DNA of 64,000 nucleotides, taken from Bacteroidota bacterium (GTDB taxonomy: Bacteria > Bacteroidota > Bacteroidia > Flavobacteriales_F > PHOS-HE28). Below are positions 9,139 through 18,516 of this stretch, in pieces. The stretch covers positions 8,030-72,029 of the forward strand of contig CAUJED010000023.1 in the NCBI GenBank assembly GCA_963169535.1, read 5' to 3'. Position 1 is the first letter of the stretch; each line of letters starts with the position of its first letter. Position numbers and translations under genes: made by a program. The notes under the pieces are model-generated. The model did no database searches. It saw nothing but the letters and a program-made list of their open reading frames with translations, and was not told the origin of the DNA.

Positions 9139-10719
9139 TCACCGCATCTTGATCAGCGCCTTCACCTGCTGCTGCATGCCGTACTGCACACGGCAATAGT
9201 ACGCGCCTGGTGCAAGGTCGGTGAGGTTGGCCTGCATACGGTGCTCGCCGGGTGCCAGCGGGCCGTTGTGCAGGGTGCGTATCACCTGGCCATTCTCGCT
9301 AAAGATCTGGATCAGGGTGCGATCACCGTTGGTGTTGAAGCGTATGGTCACCAGGTCGGTGAAGGGGCTGGGATATACCTCGAGCAAGGAGGTGCCCGCT
9401 CGGTTGTTGGCCTCATGGATGCTGGTCCCCATGCAACCTTGTGGATCCACGAGCGCGAGGGGTTGATAGGTGTCCAGGAGCACCTGGTCCACATCGGCGG
9501 GATCCAGACAGAACCAATCCTTCAGCACGCTGGCGTACACGCTGCGGAAATCGTACTGCATGGGAAGGTTGGTGTCGTACGTGGTGTTGGCGGGGATCAC
9601 GGGGTTGGTGCCCAGCATGCCGGGCAGCACGTGGGTGCCGAAAAGGAACAGGGGAGCGGCGGTGCCATGGTCGGTGCCGATGGAGGCGTTGCTCTTGATC
9701 CGCCGACCGAACTCGGAGAAGGTCATGCCGATCACGCGGTCATCGAGGCCCAGGAGTTCCAGGTCGTTCTGGAAGGCCCGAATGGAGTTGCCGACACCTT
9801 GCAGCAGTTCGGCATGCTTTCCGGTGGTGGGGTTGCCGGCCACCACTTGCTGGGCGTGGGTGTCGAACCCATCGATCCCCACCCAGTAGATGCGGGTCTT
9901 GAGGCCGCCGCAGATCAATTGCGCCACGATCTTCAACGCGTTGGCGAGTTGTGCGCCGGGTTGGGTGCCTGTGGGGTAGAGGGTACTGAGGTTGCAACCA
10001 GGCAGCGCGGCCGCTTGGATCACATCACCATAGAGGTCGGCCTGGCGTTGAACGGTGCGTACGAAGTCGAGCTTCGCTCCCATGCAGTCCGGTGTGGTGG
10101 GATCGGTGAACAGGTTGCCGGTGAGGTTGAGCGGGTCGTCCGTATTGTAGATGGATGCGCCCATGGCCACCCCTTGGTGCTGCAGGCCGATGCTGATGGG
10201 GGCGCCGATACGGATCGCGAGAGGGTCGGGCATGGTGGCATTGGGGAACCCATTGGGGTAGTTCGGGTACTCGAAATGGAGGTATCGCCCGGTCCAGCCA
10301 CTGGCCAGGAGTTGGTCGCTATTGGCACCGGTCTCCCAGATGTCGGTGCTGCGGAAATGGGAGAAGTCGGGGTTGGGGTAGCCCACACCCTGCACGATGT
10401 TCAGTTTGCCATTTTGCCACAGCTCGCGGAGGCCAGCCAAGGCGGGATGCAGGCCAGTGCCGCTGATCCCGGGAAGGTCGAGCACCGCGTTCTCCGGGAT
10501 CAGAACATTGGCGCGCACGTTGGAGAGCGTGCTGTACTGATCCAACGGGATCACCGTGTTCAGGCCATCGTTGCCGCCATAGAGCTGCACGATCACCAGC
10601 ACACGATCCTCGCCGGAGCGATCGAAGAGGGGCCCCAGCAGGGGATCGCCGAAGCCACGGACGGCGAAGCCACCAAGTGTTGCAGCGGAGGTGGTGCGGA
10701 GGAATGAACGTCGGCGCAT
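9139..10719 (-). CDS. DUF1501 (sulfatase/phosphatase-like) protein with a Tat-type signal and a T9SS C-terminal sorting domain
   Basis: MRRRSFLRTTSAATLGG twin-arginine motif. DUF1501-type core (LYGGNDGLNTVIP, GFDTHA, FSEFGRR, GTDHG). C-terminal ~80 aa is VYPSPFTD...YYCRVQYG...ALIKMR, typical of a T9SS CTD. Confidence 0.85.
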   Translation of the reverse strand: MRRRSFLRTTSAATLGGFAVRGFGDPLLGPLFDRSGEDRVLVIVQLYGGNDGLNTVIPLDQYSTLSNVRANVLIPENAVLDLPGISGTGLHPALAGLRELWQNGKLNIVQGVGYPNPDFSHFRSTDIWETGANSDQLLASGWTGRYLHFEYPNYPNGFPNATMPDPLAIRIGAPISIGLQHQGVAMGASIYNTDDPLNLTGNLFTDPTTPDCMGAKLDFVRTVQRQADLYGDVIQAAALPGCNLSTLYPTGTQPGAQLANALKIVAQLICGGLKTRIYWVGIDGFDTHAQQVVAGNPTTGKHAELLQGVGNSIRAFQNDLELLGLDDRVIGMTFSEFGRRIKSNASIGTDHGTAAPLFLFGTHVLPGMLGTNPVIPANTTYDTNLPMQYDFRSVYASVLKDWFCLDPADVDQVLLDTYQPLALVDPQGCMGTSIHEANNRAGTSLLEVYPSPFTDLVTIRFNTNGDRTLIQIFSENGQVIRTLHNGPLAPGEHRMQANLTDLAPGAYYCRVQYGMQQQVKALIKMR

Positions 10720-10722
10720 GGT

Positions 10723-12372
10723 TCAATGGATGTGGCGTTCCGCGGCTTTCTGCATGTCTCCGATCAGCCATCGAAGGATCACGGGCACCAGTTGCGCGGT
10801 CATATTGGTGGTGTTCGGGTCGGCGATGTAGGTCTCGTAGGCTTCCGTCCAGTATACATCGCTCACCTGTCCGAAGAGCAGGTACTGCTGTTTCAGTTGC
10901 TGTTGCACCGAAGCGGAGATCGGGTTCACATACAACAACTGCACCAGGTCCTGGATCAGGGTGTTGGGGTCGGCGGGGTCGCTCAGTTGCTGGACGAAGG
11001 CGACCTGGTCGGTGGTGAAGGTGAGGTTGGCGCTGGCTGGATCCACGGTGTCGGCGGGTGTCTCCACTTCGGCATACACCACGGCCAACAGGGAGTTGTT
11101 GCGCTCGGGGAAGGAGGCGGTGTCCATCCACAGTTCATCATAGCTCGGGTAGAGGTAGTACGCGGGCCAACCCGCCACGTTGGGCGGTTCCAATAGGTTC
11201 ATGCCTGCATAGGCCACCAGCCAGTAATGCTCTTCGTTCACCATCTGCCGCGCTTCCACCAGTTCGGCATCGGGGTGTGGGAACTGGAAAAGACGCAGAT
11301 CCCCCACCACCAGGTCCACGGGGCTCTTGATCATGCAACCGCGAATGGTGTTGGAGAAGAAGTGATCGCTGGTGAGCAAGGCACGCAACACGATGGCGAT
11401 CTGGTCCGGCGCTTCCAGGTTGTCCAGGAAGAGTTGCGCCAGTGGTGTGATCACCTCGGCTTCGGCTTGTTCGCTGATCTCTCCATGAACGAAGAAGCGG
11501 TACAGTTCGCGACAGATGAAGCGAGGACATTCGGGGTTGGCGAGGATCATGTCGAGCAGGGCGTTGAGCTCTGTCTCTCCGGCGTTGATACCGGTCTGGC
11601 CTTGGATCACGGTGTTCCCGAAGAATGCGGAGAACTGCTTGTCGGTGGTGGTATGGTTGGGCGGGAAGAAGATGCGCTGGGGGAGGATCGGGATGCCATT
11701 GGCCTCGACCTGAAGGGTCCATCCGGTGAGGACCCGTGCCGCGGCCTGCACATCGGCCTCGGTGTAACCGCTGCCCTGCCCCAGTGTGAAAAGCTCCATC
11801 AGTTCGCGTGCGTAGTTCTCGTCCGGAGCCGAGGCCACGTTCAGGAAGCCGTTGAGGTAGTACAGCATCGCGGGCTCAATGGTCACGTCGTGTATCAACT
11901 GCTTGAAATTGCCTTTGCACCGCGTTCGCAGCAGTTGATTCATGCTGTACTGCATCTCCGACTGGTACACGATGGAGGTCTGCGTGGGCATGTGGTTGTG
12001 CCAGAACAGCACGAGCTTTTCCCGCAGGTTGCGCTGCTGGTTCGTCATCAATTCCATCCACCATGCGCCGAAACTGCGCAGTCGAACTTCGATCACATCG
12101 GTGTCGTTCAGCGGGGTGATCGGTGTGTTCACCCAGGTGGTTCCGAAGGGTACGGCGGCATCGATGCCATTGGGGTTCCCGCTGGCGTCGGTGTACGCCT
12201 TCACCGGCGGTGTGGTATCGTTGGTGAAGTCGAGCAGCTCGTCCACCACGTCGTTCAGGCTCATGCCTTCGAAGTGGGCACGGTCTGCCACGGTGCAGCC
12301 GAAGAGCGATCGCCGTAAGAGGTGCTGGAGTTCGGTGGTGCCGAAGGGGCCGGTGTAGGGGGTGATGGGCAT
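10723..12372 (-). CDS. DUF1800 family protein
   Basis: N-terminus ...ELQHLLRRSLFG, then FWHNHMPT and NVAGWPAY, characteristic of DUF1800. Sits immediately upstream of its DUF1501 partner (3-nt gap). Confidence 0.8.
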   Translation of the reverse strand: MPITPYTGPFGTTELQHLLRRSLFGCTVADRAHFEGMSLNDVVDELLDFTNDTTPPVKAYTDASGNPNGIDAAVPFGTTWVNTPITPLNDTDVIEVRLRSFGAWWMELMTNQQRNLREKLVLFWHNHMPTQTSIVYQSEMQYSMNQLLRTRCKGNFKQLIHDVTIEPAMLYYLNGFLNVASAPDENYARELMELFTLGQGSGYTEADVQAAARVLTGWTLQVEANGIPILPQRIFFPPNHTTTDKQFSAFFGNTVIQGQTGINAGETELNALLDMILANPECPRFICRELYRFFVHGEISEQAEAEVITPLAQLFLDNLEAPDQIAIVLRALLTSDHFFSNTIRGCMIKSPVDLVVGDLRLFQFPHPDAELVEARQMVNEEHYWLVAYAGMNLLEPPNVAGWPAYYLYPSYDELWMDTASFPERNNSLLAVVYAEVETPADTVDPASANLTFTTDQVAFVQQLSDPADPNTLIQDLVQLLYVNPISASVQQQLKQQYLLFGQVSDVYWTEAYETYIADPNTTNMTAQLVPVILRWLIGDMQKAAERHIH

Positions 12373-12677
12373 GGCGGGTCGATCCGGACAAGAAAGCTAC
12401 TACAATGTGGAAGGGGGAACGCACGCCACGCGGAAAAGTGTCAACAAGTCGACGGTCGGGGATCCCGGCCAGGCCGAAGCACGGTGCTACGCCGATGAGC
12501 CGAGATCGCCCTGGTGGGGCATTGGGCAGGTGCGTAGGTCCCCGATACCCCAGCCCGACGTGGACAATGGTGCAAGGGGTATGGTCCTCAGGTCAGGGCA
12601 CGACCAGGTCCATGCCAATGATGTACGGGGAGGCGGTGCGCCCCGAGGTGAAGCGTGCTCAGGAAGCGTGGTCCGGA

Positions 12678-14261
12678 TCAGCCGCGAACCTTCAGCAGGT
12701 TGCGCACTTGTTGGTCGGTGCCGTTCTGCAGTCGGGCATAATACACGCCGGTGGGCAGGTCGCCCAGGTCCACGTCCACTTTGTACGTTCCCGGGGCGAT
12801 GACCTTGTTGAACACGGTCTGTATCAGCTGTCCTTGTTCATTGAACACCTGGAGCATGGTGGGGCCACCGAGGGAGGTGTACTCCAGGGTGGTGCGTTCC
12901 ACGAACGGATTGGGGTAGGCGTGCAGCAGCTCCACCCCCGCGTGCTGGTTAGCCTCGCGGATGTCGGTGCTGAGGCATCCGGCGCTGCTGATCACATTGA
13001 GCGGTTGGTAGGTCTGCAGCAACACGGAGTCGATGTCCTGTTGCTCGAGGCAGAACCAATCGCGCAAGACGCTGGCGTACACGCTGCGGAAGTCATACTG
13101 CATGGCCAGGTTGGTGGCCGAAGTGGTATTGGAGGGGATCACCGGGTTGTTGCCGAGCATGCCGGGAAGCACCTGGGTGCCGAACAGGAACATGGGCTGT
13201 GCGCTGCCGTGGTCGGTGCCGTAGGAGGCGTTGCTGGTGATGCGTCGTCCGAATTCGCTGAAGGTCATGCCCAACACACGATCTTGGAGGCCCATGAGCT
13301 GGAGGTCGTGTTGGAACGCGCGGATGTTGTCGCTCAAGGCGCGCAGCAGGTTGGCATGGGTTCCGATGGTGTGGTCGCCGGGGTTCACCTGGGAGGCGTG
13401 GGTGTCGAAGCCGCTCATGCTCACCCAGTAGATCTTGGTCTTCAGTCCGCCACAGATCAGTTGCGAAACGATCTTGAGGGCCTGTGCCAGGCGGTTGGCC
13501 TCGGTGCTATACGTGGGGTATAGGCTGCTGTGCTGGCAGTTGGCGCTGGCTGCTGCTTCGATCACGTTGCCATACTGGTCGGTCTGGCGTTGGATGGTGC
13601 GGATGGCGAGGAGCTTGTCGCCACTGCAACTGGCCGAGGCGGGGTCGTTGTAGATATTCCCGGTGAGGTTGAGCGGGTCGTTGGTGTTATGGATGCTCAC
13701 CCCCATGTTCACCCCCATGTTCTGCAGGCCCGCGCCGATACCGCCGCTCACCCGGATGGCCAAGGGGTGGGGCATGTCCGGGTTCGGATAGCCCACGGGA
13801 TAGTTCGGGTACTCGAAGTTCAGGTAGCGCCCCAACCACCCCGATTGGAGGATCTGGTCGCTGTTGGCGCCGGTCTCGTAGATGTCCTGTGCGCGGAAGT
13901 GGCTGAAGTTGGGTTCCGGGTAGCTCACCCCTTGCACGATGGCGAGCTTGCCTTCGTTCCACAAGGTCTGCATGCCGGTCATGGCGGGGTGCAGGCCGGT
14001 GCCGGTGAGCCCGGAGAGTGAAAGCACCTGGTTCTGCGGGATCAGTACATGGGACCGGAGCGAGCTCAACTGGCTGTACGCACTGGTGGGGATCACGGTG
14101 TTCAAACCATCGTTCCCTCCGAAGAGCTGGATGATCACCAGTACGCGGTCCTCGGCCACGGACCGGCCCAGGGCGCCAAGGAGCGGACTGCTCAGTCCAC
14201 GTACGGCCATACCACCGATGGTCACCGCACCAGCCGAGCGAAGGAAGTGTCTTCTGTTCAT
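12678..14261 (-). CDS. DUF1501 protein, paralogue 2, with a Tat-type signal and a T9SS C-terminal sorting domain
   Basis: MNRRHFLRSAGAVTIGG. Same core motifs as 9139..10719 (roughly 60% identity by eye). CTD is AYPNPFVE...YYARLQNG...NLLKVRG. Confidence 0.85.
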   Translation of the reverse strand: MNRRHFLRSAGAVTIGGMAVRGLSSPLLGALGRSVAEDRVLVIIQLFGGNDGLNTVIPTSAYSQLSSLRSHVLIPQNQVLSLSGLTGTGLHPAMTGMQTLWNEGKLAIVQGVSYPEPNFSHFRAQDIYETGANSDQILQSGWLGRYLNFEYPNYPVGYPNPDMPHPLAIRVSGGIGAGLQNMGVNMGVSIHNTNDPLNLTGNIYNDPASASCSGDKLLAIRTIQRQTDQYGNVIEAAASANCQHSSLYPTYSTEANRLAQALKIVSQLICGGLKTKIYWVSMSGFDTHASQVNPGDHTIGTHANLLRALSDNIRAFQHDLQLMGLQDRVLGMTFSEFGRRITSNASYGTDHGSAQPMFLFGTQVLPGMLGNNPVIPSNTTSATNLAMQYDFRSVYASVLRDWFCLEQQDIDSVLLQTYQPLNVISSAGCLSTDIREANQHAGVELLHAYPNPFVERTTLEYTSLGGPTMLQVFNEQGQLIQTVFNKVIAPGTYKVDVDLGDLPTGVYYARLQNGTDQQVRNLLKVRG

Positions 14262-14272
14262 GGTACTTCGGT

Positions 14273-15928
14273 TCAGAACATCTGGGTTTCGGCGGCCTTC
14301 GCCATATCGAGGAGCAGGAAGTTGATCAGGTTGGGCACCATTTGCGCGGTCTGGTCGGTGGTGTTCGGGTTGGCCACGTACAGTTCGTAGGGCTCGGTCC
14401 AGTACACATCACTTTGCTGGCCCAGGAGCAGGCGCTGGGTCTTCAGCGTGTCCTTGATGCCTTGTGAAATGGGGATCGCATAGAGCAGGTCGGCACAGCC
14501 GTCAACCACATTGGCCGGTAGGCTGGGGTTGTTGAATTCGCCCACGATGCCCACGTAGTTCGGTTTGATGGAGACCTGCCGACTGGCGGCCTGGTAGAAG
14601 TCGGTGCCGGTATTGAAGCCCTGGCCGATCAGGCCCTGCACGGCGAAGTTGCGTGCGGCGTAGGAGGCGCTGTCCACCCAGATCTCATCAAAGAGCGGGC
14701 TTTGGTGGTAGGCGGGCCAACCGGCCACGTTGGGTGGGTCGAAGAGGTTCTGGTCGCAGTTCACGCAGATGTAGTAGATGTCCAGGAACATCCGGTAGCG
14801 TGCTTCGAGCTGGGTGCTTTCACTGGGGAAGGTGAACTTGAGTTTCCGCACCATGCCGATGATGAGGTCGGCCGGGCTCATCATCATGCAAGCCCGGTTG
14901 TCGGCGTTGAAGAAATGTGCGCTGGTGAGCAGGGCGTGCATCACCGTGCGCATCTGGTCCGGGGCACCGGCGTTGGCGCGGAACACCTCGGCCAGCGGCA
15001 CGATCAGTTCAGCCTCGGCGGTAGCGCTGATCTGGCCATGCACGAAGAACCGGTAGAGCTGCCTGCAGACGAAGAGGGAGCATTCCTGCTTGGCGGTGAT
15101 CATGTCCAGCAAGGCGTTCAGCTCGGTTTGCCCCGCGTTGGCCCCGGTCTGCCCGGTGATCACCGTGTTGTTGAAGAAGGCGCTGAATTGCTTGTTGGTG
15201 GTGGTGTGGTTGGCTGCGGTGAACACCGTTTCGGGCAGGATCGGCGCACCGTTCGATTCGCGGAAGGACCAACCGGTCAGCACCCGTGCGGCGGCTTGGA
15301 CGTCTTGCTCGGTATAGCCGCTGCCTTCGCCCAAGGTGTAGAGCTCCATCAACTCCCGGGCATAGTTCTCGTCCGGCGCCGAAGCCACGTTCTGGTCACC
15401 GTTGAGGTACTCGAGCATGCACGGGTCCACGGTGATGCCGTACATCAATTGCCGGAAGTTCCCCAGGCTTTGGGTGCGGAGGAGCTGGTCGTAGTTCCAC
15501 CATAGCAGGCCGTTGAACACTTCCTGCACCTGGATGGCGAGGTGATTGTACCAGAATAGGCGCATCTTCTCGTGGATGGTCCGCTCCTGGTGGATCATCT
15601 GGCCCACGGTCCACGAGATGTAGCTGTACATGCGGCCCACATTGGCGTCCACCGCGGCCACCACATTGGGCGTGTTCACCCACGTCTGTCCGAAGGTCAC
15701 CGCCGGGTCCATGGCGTTGGGGTCGCGCACACCGCCGTTCAGGGCCCAGTAGTTCTTCAGGGGCACCGAGGTGGGAAGGCTCGTGGCCAGCAGCGCGTCC
15801 ACCACTTGGGTCAACGTTTGTCCGCTGAATTGGGCGAGGTCCGCGTTGGTGGCGCCGAACAAGGTGCGGCGCAGGAGGTGTTTCAATTCCTCACGGCCGA
15901 AGGTGCCGCTGTAGGGAGTTACAGGCAT
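14273..15928 (-). CDS. DUF1800 family protein, paralogue 2
   Basis: ELKHLLRRTLFG, FWYNHLAIQ, NVAGWPAYHQ. Collinear with 10723..12372. Confidence 0.8.
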   Translation of the reverse strand: MPVTPYSGTFGREELKHLLRRTLFGATNADLAQFSGQTLTQVVDALLATSLPTSVPLKNYWALNGGVRDPNAMDPAVTFGQTWVNTPNVVAAVDANVGRMYSYISWTVGQMIHQERTIHEKMRLFWYNHLAIQVQEVFNGLLWWNYDQLLRTQSLGNFRQLMYGITVDPCMLEYLNGDQNVASAPDENYARELMELYTLGEGSGYTEQDVQAAARVLTGWSFRESNGAPILPETVFTAANHTTTNKQFSAFFNNTVITGQTGANAGQTELNALLDMITAKQECSLFVCRQLYRFFVHGQISATAEAELIVPLAEVFRANAGAPDQMRTVMHALLTSAHFFNADNRACMMMSPADLIIGMVRKLKFTFPSESTQLEARYRMFLDIYYICVNCDQNLFDPPNVAGWPAYHQSPLFDEIWVDSASYAARNFAVQGLIGQGFNTGTDFYQAASRQVSIKPNYVGIVGEFNNPSLPANVVDGCADLLYAIPISQGIKDTLKTQRLLLGQQSDVYWTEPYELYVANPNTTDQTAQMVPNLINFLLLDMAKAAETQMF

Positions 15929-16190
15929 GCGTGATGCGGAAAAGGGTGAACGATGGCTACAAAGAAGGTGGCGTTGGCCACGGATCGCCCGATCTTTTTG
16001 CCCAATACGGTTCCATTCAAGTTGAACGCCTTGTTCCGGCCGATGGATCGCCTATGCGCAACTTGTTGGAGGTCAGGCGATATGAACATCGGGCGGTTCG
16101 TTATCGTGGACTTTGTGATAAAGTCCTTGTGATGAGTGGTCTGTTGTACGTTGGCCTTTGGTGTAGGTTCGCGGACACCCTGTTCAAACG

Positions 16191-16955
16191 ATGAAACTGA
16201 TCTCTTTCAATGTGAACGGCATCCGCGCCAGTGTCACCAAGGGGCTTCATGCTTCGCTGCGCACCATGGCGGCCGATGTGGTGTGTTTTCAGGAGACCAA
16301 GGCCACGCCCGAGCAGGTGGCCGAGGCACTGAAAGAGGTGGAGGGCTACCACGTGCACGCCAGCGGTGCCGAGAAACCGGGTTACAGCGGCACCGCCATC
16401 ATGAGCCGGCAGAAGCCCGAACGCGTGCACATGGGTATTCCCGGCGCCGGGGAGCACAACAAGGAAGGCCGGATCGTCACCGCCACCTTCAAGGACCACA
16501 TCGTGGTGAACGCCTATGTGCCCAACAGCGGCCAGGACCTCAAACGCCTCGGCTATCGTGCGGAATGGGACGAGGCGCTCCGCCAGTACCTGGTGCAGCT
16601 CGCCTCGGGGTCGTTACCCGTGATCTTCACCGGCGACCTCAACGTGGCGCATCAGCCCATCGATATCGCACGGCCCAAACCCAATTACAACAAGACCGCG
16701 GGTTACATGCAGAGCGAGATCGACGGCATCGCGGCACTGCTCGCTTCCGGCTATGTGGACACGTTCCGCCACCTGCACCCCGGCACCGTGAAGTACAGCT
16801 GGTGGAGCCAACGCTTCGGCGCCCGGGAGAAGAACGTGGGCTGGCGGATCGACTACGTGCTGGTGTCCAAAGGCTTCGAGAAGAAGGTGAAGGAAGCGTT
16901 CATCCTCAACGAGGTCATGGGGAGCGACCACTGTCCGGTGGGGATCGTATGGTGA
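16191..16955 (+). CDS. xth: exodeoxyribonuclease III
   Basis: MKLISFNVNGIRA...VVCFQETKA...GDLNVAH...WRIDYVLVS...GSDHCPV: full set of EEP/ExoIII motifs. Confidence 0.92.
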   Translation: MKLISFNVNGIRASVTKGLHASLRTMAADVVCFQETKATPEQVAEALKEVEGYHVHASGAEKPGYSGTAIMSRQKPERVHMGIPGAGEHNKEGRIVTATFKDHIVVNAYVPNSGQDLKRLGYRAEWDEALRQYLVQLASGSLPVIFTGDLNVAHQPIDIARPKPNYNKTAGYMQSEIDGIAALLASGYVDTFRHLHPGTVKYSWWSQRFGAREKNVGWRIDYVLVSKGFEKKVKEAFILNEVMGSDHCPVGIVW

Positions 16956-17021
16956 TGGTGGCCTCCGGCCCCCGATCGTGACATTCATGCCACCGACCTG
17001 TTGGGTAGACCTCACCGTTCA

Positions 17022-17417
17022 ATGAAGAACCTTCTCAAGCTCGAAGAGCTGGCACAGTTCCTCTTGGTCCTGTTCGCACTCTACACGGCGCACGCGTCGT
17101 GGTGGGTCTTCCTCTTGTTGCTGATCGGGCCGGATATCAGCATGTTGGGCTACCTTGTGAACACCAGGATCGGCGCGGTGGCGTACAACCTGTTCCATCA
17201 CAAAGGGGTGGCCATCCTGGTGATCATGCTGGCACAGGTGATGCGCTATGGCCTGATCGGGGACTGCAGTGATGAGCTGATGACCATCGGTCTCGTCCTT
17301 TATGGCCACGCCTCGCTTGATCGCATCTTCGGCTACGGCCTCAAGTTCGGCGACAGCTTCCGGCACACACACCTGGGCTGGATCGGAAAGTCCGGAGCCG
17401 AGGGGCGCAGGCCCTAG
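17022..17417 (+). CDS. DUF4260 family membrane protein
   Basis: MKNLLKLEELAQF..., PDISMLGYL, YNLFHHKG and HASLDRIFGYGLK match my recollection of DUF4260. Start at ATG 17022. Confidence 0.7.
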   Translation: MKNLLKLEELAQFLLVLFALYTAHASWWVFLLLLIGPDISMLGYLVNTRIGAVAYNLFHHKGVAILVIMLAQVMRYGLIGDCSDELMTIGLVLYGHASLDRIFGYGLKFGDSFRHTHLGWIGKSGAEGRRP

Positions 17418-17438
17418 GAACGCCACAGCCATCGCATC

Positions 17439-18002
17439 ATGCGCATCCTGTTGCTCGACAACTACGACTCCTTCACCTGGAACCTGCACCACCTGCTGGA
17501 GCCTTACGGCACCGTGGATGTGACGTTGAACGACCGGATCACCGTGGAGGAGGCCACCGGGTATGATCGTATCGTGCTCTCCCCAGGTCCCGGTCTGCCC
17601 TCCGAAGCGGGGATCATGATGGAGCTGCTGCGGCGTGTGATGCCCACGCACCCCGTGTTGGGTGTTTGTCTGGGGATGCAGGCCATCGTGGAGGTGTGCG
17701 GCGGTGGGTTGTACAACCAACAACGCGTGATGCACGGAGTGGCCGTTCCCTGCCATCCGGAAACACCGCGCGCCGATCTGTTCCATGGCCTTCCCGATCC
17801 GTTCGAGGTGGGGTTGTACCATAGCTGGGCGGCCCGGGAGGAGGTGCTGCCCTCCACGCTGCGGGTCACCGCACGTAGTGCCACCGGTGTCATCATGGCC
17901 GTGGAGCATCGTATGTACGCGGTGTGCGGGGTTCAGTTCCATCCGGAAAGCATCCTCACGCCGCACGGAGCGGCCATCATCCACAACTGGATCACCGGTT
18001 GA
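17439..18002 (+). CDS. pabA: glutamine amidotransferase subunit of anthranilate/aminodeoxychorismate synthase
   Basis: MRILLLDNYDSFTWNL..., GPGLP, GVCLGMQ (nucleophile Cys), VQFHPES. Class I GATase of TrpG/PabA type; trpG versus pabA cannot be decided from sequence alone. Confidence 0.85.
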   Translation: MRILLLDNYDSFTWNLHHLLEPYGTVDVTLNDRITVEEATGYDRIVLSPGPGLPSEAGIMMELLRRVMPTHPVLGVCLGMQAIVEVCGGGLYNQQRVMHGVAVPCHPETPRADLFHGLPDPFEVGLYHSWAAREEVLPSTLRVTARSATGVIMAVEHRMYAVCGVQFHPESILTPHGAAIIHNWITG

Positions 18003-18108
18003 GCGCTGCTGTTGGGCCCTTCATTCCCAACGCGGTCTTGAAAACTCCTGGGCGGCAGCGGAGCGGCGGAGTGATGGTGTGCCCATCTTGTGCCACGAGA
18101 CGAAGGAG

Positions 18109-18516
18109 ATGCGTAACGAAGCTGCACGTTGGACCGGGGCCCTGTTGCACGGCTGGGTGGAAGCGCTCACGCTCTTCGGCATGTTGGTGGTCGCGCTGAT
18201 CCTGATCGGCTGGAGCTGGAATCGCGGGTTGCGCCCATCGGAGCGGCCCGGCCTTGTGCCTTGGCAATTGTTGATCGCCGGTTATGCGTTGGCGCTGCTG
18301 CTGCGCCATTTCACCGATGGGCTCATCCCGGCGGCCATCATCGCCGGCGGTGTCATGGTGGCGGGCCTGCTGGCTCGCTTGGGCGACCATCGCGGCTTGT
18401 GGATCCCGGTGATGCTGTTGAGCGCGTTGCTCGGGCTGGGGTACAACCTGAGTTTCGTCCTTCTCACGTTGGTGCTCATACTGGTCCTGCTTCTCAGTGC
18501 GGGGCGGAACCGATGA
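18109..18516 (+). CDS. small polytopic membrane protein (about 4 TM), function unknown
   Basis: Internal ATG 18109 of track ORF 17785..18516. Hydrophobic helices throughout. Its stop overlaps the ATG of the CotH gene (ATGA at 18513-18516). Confidence 0.55.
   Translation: MRNEAARWTGALLHGWVEALTLFGMLVVALILIGWSWNRGLRPSERPGLVPWQLLIAGYALALLLRHFTDGLIPAAIIAGGVMVAGLLARLGDHRGLWIPVMLLSALLGLGYNLSFVLLTLVLILVLLLSAGRNR

Noticed and set aside
8942-9199. Small ORFs across the repeat copies giving similar peptides (TEWISLLLHANGY, TEWIGLLLRANGY; on the other strand IPIRxKExADxxGPFP). Also seen in ORFs 27710..27997 and 44682..45308.
   Set aside because: The similarity is at nucleotide level. A 1-nt indel between copies A and B and in-frame stops in copy B break both candidate frames, so this is a non-coding repeat and not a gene family.
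9103-10707. 534-aa plus-strand ORF (similar ones at 10319..11131, 11227..12318, 12405..13523, 14702..15505)
   Set aside because: Antisense or out of frame relative to the well-supported DUF1501/DUF1800 genes, with Gly/Val/His/Ala-rich composition and no motifs.
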